Shown here piece by piece: positions 12,721 to 26,402 of a DNA stretch of 64,000 nt. This DNA comes from Lama glama (Eukaryota). Numbering within the stretch: position 1 is the stretch's first letter; every line of letters begins with the position of its first letter. The notes under the pieces were generated by a model. It saw only the letters and a program-made list of their open reading frames with translations. It did no database searches and was not told the DNA's origin. Made by a program: the position numbers and the translations under genes. The stretch is from assembly GCA_028534125.1 (NCBI GenBank), contig CM052818.1, positions 1,552,001-1,616,000 of the forward strand. Reading direction: 5' to 3'.

Positions 12721-14252
12721 ACTCACTAGGATGCAAGCTCCATGAAAACAAGCTTCTTGTCTGTCTTATTTATTGTTGTGTTCACAGCCCCTAGAACAAT
12801 GCTTGGCATGTAATTGGCATTTAAAACAAATATACATTTGTCAGAAAATTGATTAAAAGTACAAATAAAACATTAATCAACAGTTTCTTTTAAAACTCCA
12901 TTTTCATATTTTCACTTTATCTGCTATTGCAATGATCATTTCTTTGCAATTATTCCTATTCATCTCATCCTGTTGTTTTTCCATCACTATTTATTCTTTT
13001 AAAGATTTTTATTCCTGTTTCAGTGACATTATGTCTTCCTCATATCAAACAATTTTCTAAAATTTCCTTTTGGTTCCTATAGAAAATCATTTTTAGAATG
13101 ACATTTCCTCTGAACTTTTAGGATAATGTTCCTTGCCCCATTTTATTCAGTACGTTTTTTCAGATTTCATTATTTTGTTTTGCATGACTTCATTTTCCCA
13201 GTTGCTCCATGTAGAACAGAAGCTCTTTCTGGACCAGTGCTTTCTTCTTGGCTTGTGGTTTGCCTTTGGCCAACTCACCATTCATCTGGCCATAGATGAA
13301 ATATCCTTATGGAAATGGCAATTCATAGCAGGTTGAGGTGCCCAGGTCCAAAGCTGTTTCAAAGGCCATCCACAAACTAATTCCAGAGTAGAGCAAGCAA
13401 CTGGCCTACTAAGTTGACATGAAATATGGCCAAACATTCTTCTATCACACAGTTCCCAGTATTGAACTCTCTGAACTTCTTAAACTGAAGGAAAACCACA
13501 ATAACATAGGCTCTTCCTGTCTGTGCTTTTGTACAGCACCATGACGCTGAGTGTTCTCCAGCTCAGGATGAACTGTGCTGCCAACCGAAGTCCCTCTTTC
13601 TCCCTCACTCCACACTCTGGTAGCCTTAAAAAGGAGAATCCACGCAGTAGAAGGGTGGACAACCAATGTATTCATCAATTCAGGACTGCATTTTGAGTCA
13701 GAAGGCATAAAATAGAAAAGGAATAAAGTGTCTTTTTACTTTTAAGGTCTGCTCTGTTGAAGACAGCAAAACACACAGCACTCAACAACTGGATTTCTCA
13801 ATCCATTCAGTCAGCTCTAAACTTACAGAAAATTTTATTCCAATTCGGACAATGTAATGTTATTTATCAGCCTTATTTATCAACGGGTGTTTTAAGTTTC
13901 CAGACTTTCATGCACCCAAAGTATTTTAGCAAAAGTTAAGAAAGACTTAGAAGCCAAGCAAGACTTTGTTTAATATTGTCTAATGTTGAGTGTGTACATC
14001 TCATCTGAAATTTAACTTAAATGCTACAGTTTATATTATAAGAAATCTGCATAAGTTTCTTATCATTAACTTAAAGCACAACTACATAAGGAGAGCTAAG
14101 TGATCAGGGAACATATCCTATTTTCACTTAATGCTGAAACAAGAGAAAGAAATATTCTTCATATGGTGGTTATATTGGTGTATAAATCTATCAAGATTCA
14201 TCAAATATGTGTAGTTTACTATACAGGAATCATACCACAATAAAGGTGATAA

Positions 14253-14294
14253 ATACATACATACATACATACATACATACATACATACATACAT
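14253..14294. repeat. (TACA)n tetranucleotide microsatellite
   Basis: Perfect tandem taca run. Confidence 0.95.
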
Positions 14295-14719
14295 TTATTT
14301 TTGAAAAACTCTGACACTTGATAGAAATACAAACAAACAAAAAATATTCTCCAGACTCTGCTACCCTCTTCTCCAATTCACTGGGTACCTTATTTTCTAT
14401 GTTCATATTTAATTTAAATATTATATCATATTGTATGATGAACTTGGAGGACAGTGCTAATCATCAAGTGCTCCAAAAGCCACTGCCAATTCCCTAAATC
14501 TAATAATTAATCCTAGCACAGATTTTATCAGGAAATAACCCATTTCTCCTCAAGCTATGCTGGAAATAGTTGTTGTTGTTTTTAATCTTTTTTTCTTTTA
14601 GCTGTGTGTTCTATATTGTCTATCTCTTTTAATTATTGTTAATTACAAAAGTAAAACATGTGACTTTGAGAAAAATCAGATAATACACATTAGGCAAAGA
14701 CAGAAAACAAAAGTCTTTT

Positions 14720-15435
14720 GTACCCTAATACACTGTTGGTGGGAGTATAAATTGGTGCAGCTACTGTTGAAAACAGTATGGAGGCTCCTCAAAAAACTAA
14801 AAATAGAACTACCATATGATCCAGCATTTCCACTCATGGCTATATATCTGAAGAAAACAGAAATACTAATTTGAAAAGATTCATGCACCTCAATATTCAT
14901 AGCAGTACTATGTGCAATAGCCAAGATATGGAAGTAACCTGTGTCCATCAACAGATGAATGGATAAAAAAGAATGAGGTATACATATGTACAATGGAATA
15001 CTACTCAGTCATTAAAAAGAATAAAATTCTTCCGTTTGCATCAACATGGATGGACCTACAGAGTATTATACTAGGTGAAATAAGTCAGATAAAGACAGAC
15101 AAAATACTGCATGTTATCACTTATATGAGCAATATAAAACAAATAAATAAATATAACAAAACAGAAACAGACTCACAGGTACAGAGAACAAACTAGTGGT
15201 TACCAGTAAGGAGAGGGAATGGGGAGAGGCAAAAAAAAGTATAGGGGATTAAGGGACATAACCTATTATGTATAAAATAAATAAGCTACAAGGATATATA
15301 GTAGAGCACAGGGAATATAGCCAACATTTTATAATAACTTTAAATGGAGTATAATATATAAAAATTTTCTATCACTATGTTGTATACCTGAAAATAATAT
15401 TATATTGTAAATCAACTATACTTCAATTAAAAGAA
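14720..15435 (+). mobile_element. L1 3' end
   Basis: aaaacagtatggaggctcctcaaaaaactaaaaatagaactaccatatgatccagca ... aatcaactatacttcaattaaaa. Confidence 0.9.
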
Positions 15436-18400
15436 GTCATTTATAATCCCATCACCTGAAGATAACTACTGTTTACTAAGTGCTGTGCTCCCTCACAGAT
15501 GTTTCTCTATTCTAAATAGACAGGTATTTACCTACATACATATGTGCATATACACATATATAAATAGGATCATATTGTACATACTCTTTACACTGACATG
15601 TAAAAATCATATCTCAAGCATCATAACTCAACGTGATCAACTTTCACTGTACAACACTCTTCCAGCTCCCTTTCTTCAAACACATGTTATAAACTGTCAT
15701 ACAAATACTGGAACAAACATGGGCTTTGAATAAATGTTTAAAAATAAAAACAAAACCACAAGTGACAACTCTGAATTCCCCATGTGTCTAGACACTTGTC
15801 TGGATGAAAACATAGCAAACATACACAGTACTGACACTCAACGTGAACAGGTGAGTGAGGTTTTTTGGTTTTACATGTAAAAGTGATAAAAATTCATTGT
15901 TAACAAAGCTCATATTTTAGCTGCTATAGGTTACAAATATGTACCAGTAATCATATGAATCAGGAGCATGTGATCCGTGTTTTTAGTGGGGAAAGAGAAA
16001 ATCAGCTGAAAGACTTTTCCATGGATTTCTTTTTCTTCATAAAAGATAAAAATGTATCCCATGCACACAAACACCCTGAACACTTCATACAATTACTGAG
16101 CCCCATGTCTGCAAACATTAGTGGAATCTACATGTCTAATTTTATAGAATAAAAAAAAACCTTATGCTGGAACAATACTGCTTCTTATGGGCAATATGTC
16201 TACACAACAGGGAAAGAGGGACAGACCTTCCATCTTCTTCATTAAATTTTTACTGGGCCATTATTTGGTTAAACATCTCTTCATCTACTTGGTTCCTGGT
16301 AGAGACTGCTATGAGGTCTACAGGAGAGTAGGCAGAGTCCTTCTCATCCATCACAATACAGAAAATTAACGCATGGACTGAGAAACAGCTAAGGATAAGT
16401 ACACAAAGAACAAGGGAGGGAAATGGAAGGAGGGAAGCACACACCATTGTTCTTCCGGCTTGGCCTACAGGAAGCAATATTTCCATTCAGTCTTGAGCAA
16501 AGCCTGGAATTTCACCACCCTGAATGCAGCTGGAGAACTCCCTTTTAACTGTCCCAGCATCCAAGTGAAGACAGGTTTATTCAGAGTGTTTTTTAAAAGA
16601 AAAGAAAAAAAAAAAAAAAGCCCTGAAAGGGCCATTTTAATTTGCCTCCATGTGAAAAGGGGAGCACATTTCATAGGGCCCCATAATGACGTTCAGCGGG
16701 ATATTACACTTCACCATATGGCTAATTTGCACAGCAGGCCCAAAGCAGGATTTTCTTTCATTAGAACTGCCCTAAAGATCAGACTGCAGAAACACATGTA
16801 AAGAACAACCCTAAGATGCCCCCTATTGCTTAAACCTAGAAACACTGATTTGACTCCCAGATGTAAAAGCCCATTCAGAGAGTTCTCATGACAAGGTCAT
16901 TCAAGAGTCATGGAGGTGGTATGTCTCACAGCTCCATTTACCTATATTAGGGCTTTGAAAAATGCCTACAATTCAAGAACCACAACACTGTCAAACACCT
17001 TAAAAAAAAAAAAACTATGTACAGAGAAAGGGTAATTGCTCTGGTAGATAGATTATTATGAAAAGAAAATTACTTTCAAAATCCTAATTCTTGATACACT
17101 CAGTTAGTCTACAAAGTAATTCTACATAAACTTCTGACCCTTTTGGAAGACAGCAAAGGCAGTCTGACGTTCTAACAGAGTCCTGTTTATTTTTAAGATG
17201 GCCTTTGTAACTTATGTTTGTCTTGGCATTTCCTCTTTCTGCCATATCCCAAGCCTGAGCCACAGAAAAGAACATCCCCTCCGGGACTGAAAGAAGACTG
17301 CAGAATTTAAAAAAAGAAAAAAGAAAGAAATCTGATGTCTAATGATTATGGAGTAGTTGAGTCTGTGCTTTTGAAGAAAGTAAACATTATGATTAACAAT
17401 CTTGGGCTTTGTAATTAGCTTCCCCTTTCCCAAAGAGAGTGTTAATTTATTAAATACTTCAACAAAGACTCTTTTATTATCAGATTCAGTTTGGCTGGCT
17501 CCTTTCATAGCATTACCAATTACAACCAATAAAGCTTTAATTGATGACTACTTTTTATAACCTTTGACCCAAGATGATAAACAGTTGTACCTTAGAAGCG
17601 AAAGGGTAAACCTCAAAGGGAACAGTGTCTTAATCATGCTTAGCAAACCAAACTCCTTAAAATTATAACCTACCTACCTGGCTAGAACAAAACCCCAGAC
17701 TTCCTCTATGATTAAGGTAATTGATCAGGAAAAGATCTGGATTTCACTTTTAAGATAAGTTTCCCTTTTGTTAGGGAAACTCTAACTTGAATAATCTGCA
17801 TATAACTGTGCACATAAAATTATATGCATGTATAATGTGGTAATTGTTTATTATAATAAGATTTAATCAATTTGTAGCCAATTAGCAAAAGAATTTTTTC
17901 CCAATGTTTTTTATTGTTTTACAGAGAAATAATTGACTTATATTTCTGTATAAGTTTATGGCATAAAGCATGATGCTTTGAATATGTTGGTTAGAAGACT
18001 CTTCTAACTCACACCTGTCAGTCTTGATGAAGTATTTCACAATTTAGAAGCTTAAAATTTCCCAGTCTCAATCTGTTTCCTGTTGCCAAAATGAATAGGC
18101 CCTCTAAACAATTACTAAAAAGCTCGTAGAAAACTGTTGGATCTAAAATTGCAAATAAAAATAATATCATCATGTCACAGTGGTTACAAACAATCGCTTC
18201 ATGGAGAGGAAGGGCAATAAGACATTATTAATGGTCCTCCCTATTAACAACAAGTAAATGGAAAGTGCTGCCTTGACAGAAGTTACAGTGTAAGACTTTA
18301 TACAAAAAGAACAAGGCATATAGCTTTTAAGTGACCTCACATATATATTAAAGGAAGCCAATGCCAGGAAAAGCACAAAACCCAAGGCTCAGTCTAAGTA

Positions 18401-18789
18401 CAGTATAAACTGAAAGAGCTATACACATTATTTTTATGATATATAAATGTATGTAATGGCTGTTTTATTAAAGACACATGGCTGCTCCCTGCATCTCAAG
18501 ATCAATTTTGCCACACACACCCCCCAAAATAACCTTTTATATAGTTAAGTGAGGACTGAAGAAATTTTATATAAATAAATCTATGCTTTTTCTCCCCCAT
18601 TAACAGAAAATGTTCAGAAACAGACAAATTTAGAACCTAAGAATAAAAAAATGTCATACTGAATTTCAGATGTTCAGAAAAACAGGCAAAATATTTAAAA
18701 ACAGACAAAACAACCATATATTTGGCTGATATTTGCTTAAAAACAATACAAATTGAATAAAATTTGCTTTAATTCCAACTTTTTGATTA

Positions 18790-21700
18790 AACTTTTTATT
18801 ATGAGAATTGCAGATTCACATGCAATTACAAGAAATAATAGAGACAGATTTCACGTGCCTTTACCAAGGTTTTCCAATAGTAAAAATCTTAGAAAAGTAC
18901 AGTACACTAACACAACCAGGACATCAACATTGATATAATCAGTCAAGACACATAGTTCCAAAACTACAAGGAATCCTCAAGCATCCTTTTTATAGCCAGA
19001 CCCACCTCCCTCCACCTCTACCCACTACTTAACTTTTGGCACCTAATGTGTTCTCCATTTCTGTAATTTTGTCATTTTAACAATGCTACATAAATGGAAT
19101 TTTACAGTACATAATCTTTTGAGATTGGCTTATTTCACTCAGCATCTAGAGATTCATCCAGGTTGCTGGATATATCAACAGTTCCTTTCTTTATATTGTT
19201 GAATAATATTCCATGATGGTATGATACAAATGTACCACAGTTTATTCACGTACTTTAAGATATCAAGGTTGTTTCCACTTTGGAGCTATTCTGAACAAAG
19301 CCACTATCGACATTCGTGTATGTAAAATACCTGAACTAAGTTTTCACTTCTCTGGGATAAATGCCTAGGAGTGCAGTTCCTGGGTCATATGGTAGTTGCA
19401 TGCTTACTTTTGTTTTGTTTTGTTTTGTTTTTTAACTGCCAAGCTGTTTTCCGGAGTGACTGCACCATTTTACACATCCCCACCAGCGATCTTAATGGTA
19501 TTTGGGGTAGTGATAATGCATTGTGGCTTTAGTTTGAATTCCTCTAATGGTGCTGAACAAAAGATGTTTCCATGTTTCCTACTGTATATCTGCACTGCTG
19601 AATTGTTTATTCATGTCTTTTGTGCATATCCTAACTGGATTGTTTGCATTTTCACTGTTGAGTTTTGAGATGCCTTTATACATCCTAGTCACTAATCCAT
19701 TGTTGAGTATGTGCTTTTTAGACATTTCCTCCCACTCTTAAGAAGATGGCTTTTCAACAGGGTCCTTTAATTTTAATGAGGTACAATTTATCAATTTTTT
19801 TCTTTTATGGTAAGTGCTTTTGGAAGAAAGTCATCTGAGATCTATTTGCCTACCTCTAGATTCTGAGTATTTTCTCCTATTTCCCCCCTAAAGTTTTATA
19901 GTTTTTCCATTTGACATTTAAGTCACAATCCCTTCTGAACTACTTTTTGTACAAGGTTCTCTTTTTTGGTATATGGATGCTCAGTTGTTCCAGCACCATT
20001 TGTTGAATTGTTTTTGCAATTTTGTCATAATATTTCTATGGGTCTATTTTTGATTCCTCTATTCTGTCCACTTGATCTATGTATTCCTCTGCCAATACCA
20101 CACAACTTTTAAAAAATTTTATTCAGGTATAACTTACATATAGTATTATGTTGGTTTCAGGTGTACAACACAATGATTAGATACTAGCATACACCGTGAA
20201 ATGATCACCACAGTAAGTCTAGTTACCATCCATCACCATACAAACTTGAGTTTTAGGATTTATTCTCATGGCAACTTTCTCTACAATATTGCTGACTATA
20301 GTCACCATGCTGTACATTGCATCTCTAGGACTTCAGTTATAACTGAACATTTGTACCTCTTGATTCCGTTTACCCACTTCACCCACTCCCGCATCCCCCT
20401 CCCCTCGGTAAACTATCATTCTGTTCTCTGTATCTATGAATCTGTTTCTGTTTTATGTTTGCTTGTTCATTTTGTTTTTCAAATTCCACATATAAGTGAA
20501 ATCACACGGCATTTGTCTTTATCTGTATGACTTATTTGTCTTAGCAAAGCACCCTCAAGGTCCATCCACGTTGTAAATGGAAAGATTTCATTCTTTTGTA
20601 TGGCTGAGTGCTATTCCATTGTATATATATTCTCCATCTTCTTTATCTATTCAACCATGTTAGGTTGTCTCCATACCTTGGCTATTGTAAATAATACTGC
20701 AATAAGTATAGGGGTGCATATATCTTTACAAAAAAGTGTTTTCATTATTTTCAGATAAATTCCCAGAAGTGGAATTGCTGGATCATATGGTCATTCTGGC
20801 TAATTTTTTGAGGAATCTTCATACTGTTCTCTACATTGGCTGCACCAACCTACATTCCCTCCAACAGTGCACACAGGTTTCCTTTTCTCCACATCCTCAT
20901 CAATACTTACCGCTATTTCTTGTCTGTATGATAACCGCCATTCTAACAAGTGTGAGGTGATAGCTCATTAAGGTTTTTATTTCCATTTCCCTGATGATCT
21001 TCTACCCATTTTTAAATTGGACTGTTTTTTACTGTTGAGTTGTATGAGTCTTTTTTTATACATTTTGGGTACCAACCCTTTATTGAATATTTGAATTGCA
21101 AATATTTTCTTCTATTAAGTAAGCTGTCTTTTCATTTGGTTGATGGTCTCCTTTGCTCCACTGCTGTGCAGAAACTTTTTAGTTTGATCCAGTCCCACTT
21201 GTTTATTTTTGCTTTTGTTGCCTTTGTTTTTGGTGTCAGATCCAAAAACTCATCACCAAGACGGATGTCAAGTAGCTTACTACTTACGTTTTCTTCTAGG
21301 AGTTTTATGGTTTCAGGTCTTATCTTCAAGTCTTTAATTCATTTTAAGTTCATTTTTGGGTATGGTATAAGAATTCCATACAGCATTGATTGCTATAGCT
21401 ATATAATAAATCTTGAAATTCATTCCTTGATTCTTCCCACCTTATTTTTCTTTTTCAAAATTCATTTAGTAATTCTTGTTACTTTCTATACAAATTTTTG
21501 AATAATCTTGTGCATATCTATAAAAATCTTGCTGGAATTTTTATAGGAATTTCATCAAATCTGTATGTCAACTTGGAAAAATGGGTATCTTTACTGTATT
21601 GAGTCTTACAATCCTTGAACACAGTATGTCTTTCCATGCATTTATATCTTTGTGGAGTTCATCCATCAGCATTTTGCATTTTTCAGTATACAAATCCTGT

Positions 21701-23459
21701 ATTTTTTAGATTTATATGTAAGTATTTTTTTATTCCTTTTTTCTTTTTAACATTTTTATTGAGTTATAATCACTTTGCAATGTTGTGTCAAATTAGTGTA
21801 GAGCACAATTTTTCAGTTATACATGAACATACATATATTCATTGTCACATTTTTTTCTCTGTGAGCTACCATAAGATCTTGTATATATTTCCCTGTGATA
21901 TATAGTATAATCTTGTTTATCTATTCTACACTTTGAAATCCCAGTCTGTTCCTTCCCACCCCCGCCCCCTTGGCAACCACAAGTTTGTATTCTATGTCTA
22001 TCAGTCTGTTTCTGTTTTGTATTTATGGTGGGTTTTTTTTTTAAGATTCCACATATGAGCGATCTCGTATGGTATTTTTTTTTCTCTTTCTGGCTTACTT
22101 CACATAGAATGACATTCTCCAGGAGCATCCATGTTCCTGTAAATGGCGTTATGTTGTTGGTTTTTATAGTGGGAATGCAGTGTGGTGCAGCCACTGTGGA
22201 AAACAGTATGGAGATTCCTCAAAAGACTAGAAATAGACTTACCATATAACCCAGGCATATATCCAGAAGGAACCCTACTTCAAAATGACACCTGCACCCC
22301 AATGTTCATAGCAGCACTATTTACAATAGCTAAGACATGGAAACAGCCTAAATGTCCATCAACAGTTGGCTGGATATTGAAAAAGAATGGTGAGAAGGGT
22401 TATTCTTGCTTTGTACCTGATCTTAGAAGGAAAACATTCAGTCTTTCACCCTTAAGTATAAAGTTAGCTGTAGATTTCTGCATATGCTCTTCAACCACCT
22501 GAGGAAGGCTTCTTTTGCTTTTAAATCATAAATGGTTTTGAATTTTATCAAATGCTTTTTCTGCCTAAATCAATATGAGATTTTTCTTCTTTAGCCTATT
22601 AACGTGGTGGATTACACTGACTGATTTTTTAATATTAAACTAGCCTTACATCCCCGAAATAAACCTTACTTGATCATATACTCCCTGTATATATTACTAA
22701 ATTTCTACTTCATCATATTTTGTTATAAATTTTATATCTATATTGATGATGAATATTGGTCTGTACTTTTCTTTTTTATACTACTTTTGTCTGATTTTGG
22801 TATCAATGTATTTTTTTTGTATCAATGTGATTGACATTTATTGGCTTCATAAAATGAATTGAAAAGTGCTCCTTGCATTTCTATATTATGGAAGAGACTG
22901 TATACAATTTGGTGTTAATTCTTCTATAAATGTTTGGTTGAATTCTCCAATGAAACCACCTAGACATGGAGATTTAAGGTTTTTTTTTTAACTTTTTTTA
23001 TTGATTTATAATCATTTTACAAAGTTGTGTCAAATTCCAGTGTAGAGCACAATTTTTCAGTTATACATGAACATGTGTATATTCATTGTCACATTTTTTT
23101 CTCTGTGAGCTACCACAAGATCTTGTATATATTTCCCTGTTCTATACAGTATAATCTTGTTTATCTATTCTACAATTTTGAAATCCCAGTCTATCTCTTC
23201 CCATCCCCTGCCCCCTTGGCAACCACAAGTTTATATTCTATGTCTGTGAGCCTATTTCTGTTTTGCATTTATGCTTTGTTTGTTTGTTTGTTTTTAGATT
23301 CCACATATGAGCGATCTCATATGGTATTTTTCTTTCTCTTTCTGGCTTACTTCACTTAGAATGACATTCTCCAGGAGCATCCATGTTGCTGCATATGGTG
23401 TTATGTTGTCGGTTTTTATGGCTGAGTAGTATTCCATTGTATGAATATACCACTTCTTC
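18790..23459 (-). mobile_element. Nested L1 cluster: an old L1MB/MC-like host with younger L1s at about 20108-21370, 21735-22377 and 22980-23459
   Basis: Several poly(T)-led antisense 3' ends. ORF 21132..21329 (-) gives the L1 ORF2 peptide IRPETIKLLEEN...KAKINKWDWIKLKSFCTA. Confidence 0.85.
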
Positions 23460-23959
23460 NNNNNNNNNNNNNNNNNNNNNNNNNNNNNNNNNNNNNNNNN
23501 NNNNNNNNNNNNNNNNNNNNNNNNNNNNNNNNNNNNNNNNNNNNNNNNNNNNNNNNNNNNNNNNNNNNNNNNNNNNNNNNNNNNNNNNNNNNNNNNNNNN
23601 NNNNNNNNNNNNNNNNNNNNNNNNNNNNNNNNNNNNNNNNNNNNNNNNNNNNNNNNNNNNNNNNNNNNNNNNNNNNNNNNNNNNNNNNNNNNNNNNNNNN
23701 NNNNNNNNNNNNNNNNNNNNNNNNNNNNNNNNNNNNNNNNNNNNNNNNNNNNNNNNNNNNNNNNNNNNNNNNNNNNNNNNNNNNNNNNNNNNNNNNNNNN
23801 NNNNNNNNNNNNNNNNNNNNNNNNNNNNNNNNNNNNNNNNNNNNNNNNNNNNNNNNNNNNNNNNNNNNNNNNNNNNNNNNNNNNNNNNNNNNNNNNNNNN
23901 NNNNNNNNNNNNNNNNNNNNNNNNNNNNNNNNNNNNNNNNNNNNNNNNNNNNNNNNNNN
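23460..23959. other. Assembly gap (500 N)
   Basis: Run of exactly 500 N. The left edge falls inside a young L1 3' end. Confidence 0.99.
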
Positions 23960-24059
23960 TCTCCTATTTTGTATTGTACTTGAAGTTTTATTTAGTGTTG
24001 TAAGGGCAGAAACATAAATTGATTAAAAAATAAGCCTTTGAAGGGAAGAAACAAAATTG

Positions 24060-24752
24060 TCAGTATGGAGGTTCCTTAAAAAACTGAAACTGGAGTTACC
24101 ATATGACCCAGCAATCCCACTTGGGACATATATCCAGAAAAGATGAAAACTCTAATTCAAACACATACATGCAACCCAGTGTTCACAGCAGCACTATTAC
24201 AATAGCCAAGACATGGAGGCACCTAAGTGCCCATCAACAGAGGAATGGATGAAGAAGTGTGTGTGTGTGTGTGTGTGTAAGTGTGTAATGGAATATTACT
24301 CAGCCATAAAAAGAATGACATATTGTCATTTGCAGCAACATGGATGGACCTAGATATTATCATACTGAGTGAAGTAAGTCAGACAGAGAAAGACAAATAT
24401 ATAATATCACTTATATGTATAATCTACAAAATAATACATATGTATTTATTTACATAAAGTAGAAACAGACTCAGACATAGAAAACAAATTTATGGTTTCC
24501 AAAGGGGAAAGAAGAGGGGAGCCAGGGTAAATTAGGAGTATGGGATTAACAGATACACACCACCATATTTAAAATAGACAAATTAACAAGGATTTACTAC
24601 TGTATAGCACAGAGAACTATATTCTATGTCTTGTAATAATCTATAGTGGAAAAGAGTCTGAGAAAAAAATGTGTGTATAACTGAATCACTTTGCTGTACA
24701 CCTGAAACTAACACAATGCTGTAAATCAACTATTCTTCAATAATAACAAAAA
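24060..24752 (+). mobile_element. L1 3' end with internal (TG)n
   Basis: cagtatggaggttccttaaaaaactg ... gtaaatcaactattcttcaataa. Confidence 0.88.
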
Positions 24753-25304
24753 AGGATGCTCAACCTTAATGTATCAGTAAAATGCAAGTTAAAACCAAAT
24801 GAGATTATATTATGTAAGAATTAATAATACAATATTAATAATGATATAGAGCATTCAGAACTCTTGTATACTACTAAGAAAATGAGTTTAAATTGGTAAA
24901 ACCCTTTGAAGAAGTTTGGCATCATCTTGTAATATTGAAGATCCCCACGAACCAGAAATTTTATCCTAACTATACTCCCTTGAGAAACTTGTCCTAATGC
25001 ACTGTAATATACATGCAAGAATATTCATTTCAGCATTGTTGGATTTTCAAAGTTAGAAATGACTTAAATGTCTGTTGGTAATAAAATTAGCAATCTGGTT
25101 TAAACTCATTATATATAATATTATACAAAATGAAAGTGGCCAAACTGTAGCCTTAAACAATTGCATGGATGAATTTCACAAGTATGATGTTGAATTATAA
25201 AAGCAAGGTAAAAAATTTTACATCCAGTTTATTTCTATTTACATAATGTTGAGAAAGAAAATACTGAGTAAGCCTGAGTATTTAGGTGGTTACAAGCAAT
25301 GAAA

Positions 25305-26402
25305 TTAAGAGAATGAACTGCCAAGCCATAGACTGGGAGAAAATCTTTGCAAAACACATATCTGATAAGGGAGTGGTATTGTAAATGTACAGAGAAGTCT
25401 AACAACTCAACGATAAGAAAAACAACACAATTTTAAAATGGGCAAGAGTTCTGAACAGATACCTCACCAAAGAAAATATACAAATGGCAAAAAAGTGTAT
25501 AAAAAGGATGCTCAAAGATTGTGACATCAGGGAACTGCAAATTAAAACAACAGTGAGCTACCACTACACCTATTAAAATAGCTAAAATCCGAAATACTGA
25601 CAACACCAAATGCTAAAGAGAATATGGAACAGCAGGAACTTGCATCACTAATGGAAATGAAAAATGGTGCAGCCAGCTTAGAAGAGAGTTTGGCAGTTTC
25701 TACGAAATGAAACATAGTCTTATTATATGATCCAGCAAGTGCACTCTAGGTATTTGCCAAATGAATTGAAAACTTATGTTAACACAAAAACCTGCCCCAA
25801 CTCATGTTTACAGCAGATTATTCATAATAGTCAAAACCTGGAAGCAACCAAGATGTCCTTTAGTAGGCGAATGAATAAACAAACTCTGGTACATCCTTAT
25901 AATTGAATATTATTCAATGCCAAAAATGAAATAGGTTATCAATCCATGAAAAGACATGGAGAAAGCTTAAATGCATATTGCTAAAGTAAAAGAACCCTAA
26001 GATTCCAACTATCTATATAACATTCTGGAAAAGGCAAAATTATGGAGATAGTAAAAAGATAGGGGTTGCCAAGATTCTGAAGAGGGATGGCAGGATGATG
26101 AATAAGTGGAAGACAGAATTTTTAGGGCAGTGTATCTATTCTCTATGATATTATAATAGTGAAATATGTCATTATGCATATGTTAAAACCCATAGATTAT
26201 ATGACATAAAGGATAAACTTTAATGTAAACTGTGAATTTTAGTTAATAATGTGCATTGGTTCACAAGCTGTACCACTACTGCAAGATGTAACAATTGGGA
26301 CATCTGAGCGTGAGTGTCTGTGAAGGGGTGTGTGGGAACTCTCTGTACCTTCTCCACAATTTATTTGTAAATGCCAAACTGCTCTAAAAAATAAAGTTTA
26401 TT
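25305..26402 (+). mobile_element. L1MC-like 3' fragment
   Basis: gactgggagaaaatctttgcaaaacacatatctgataagg ... aaactgctctaaaaaataaagttta. Confidence 0.8.

Noticed and set aside
21040..21501. 153-aa hydrophobic ORF and similar ORFs (32840-33235, 54345-54698)
   Set aside because: Antisense frames of L1 sequence.
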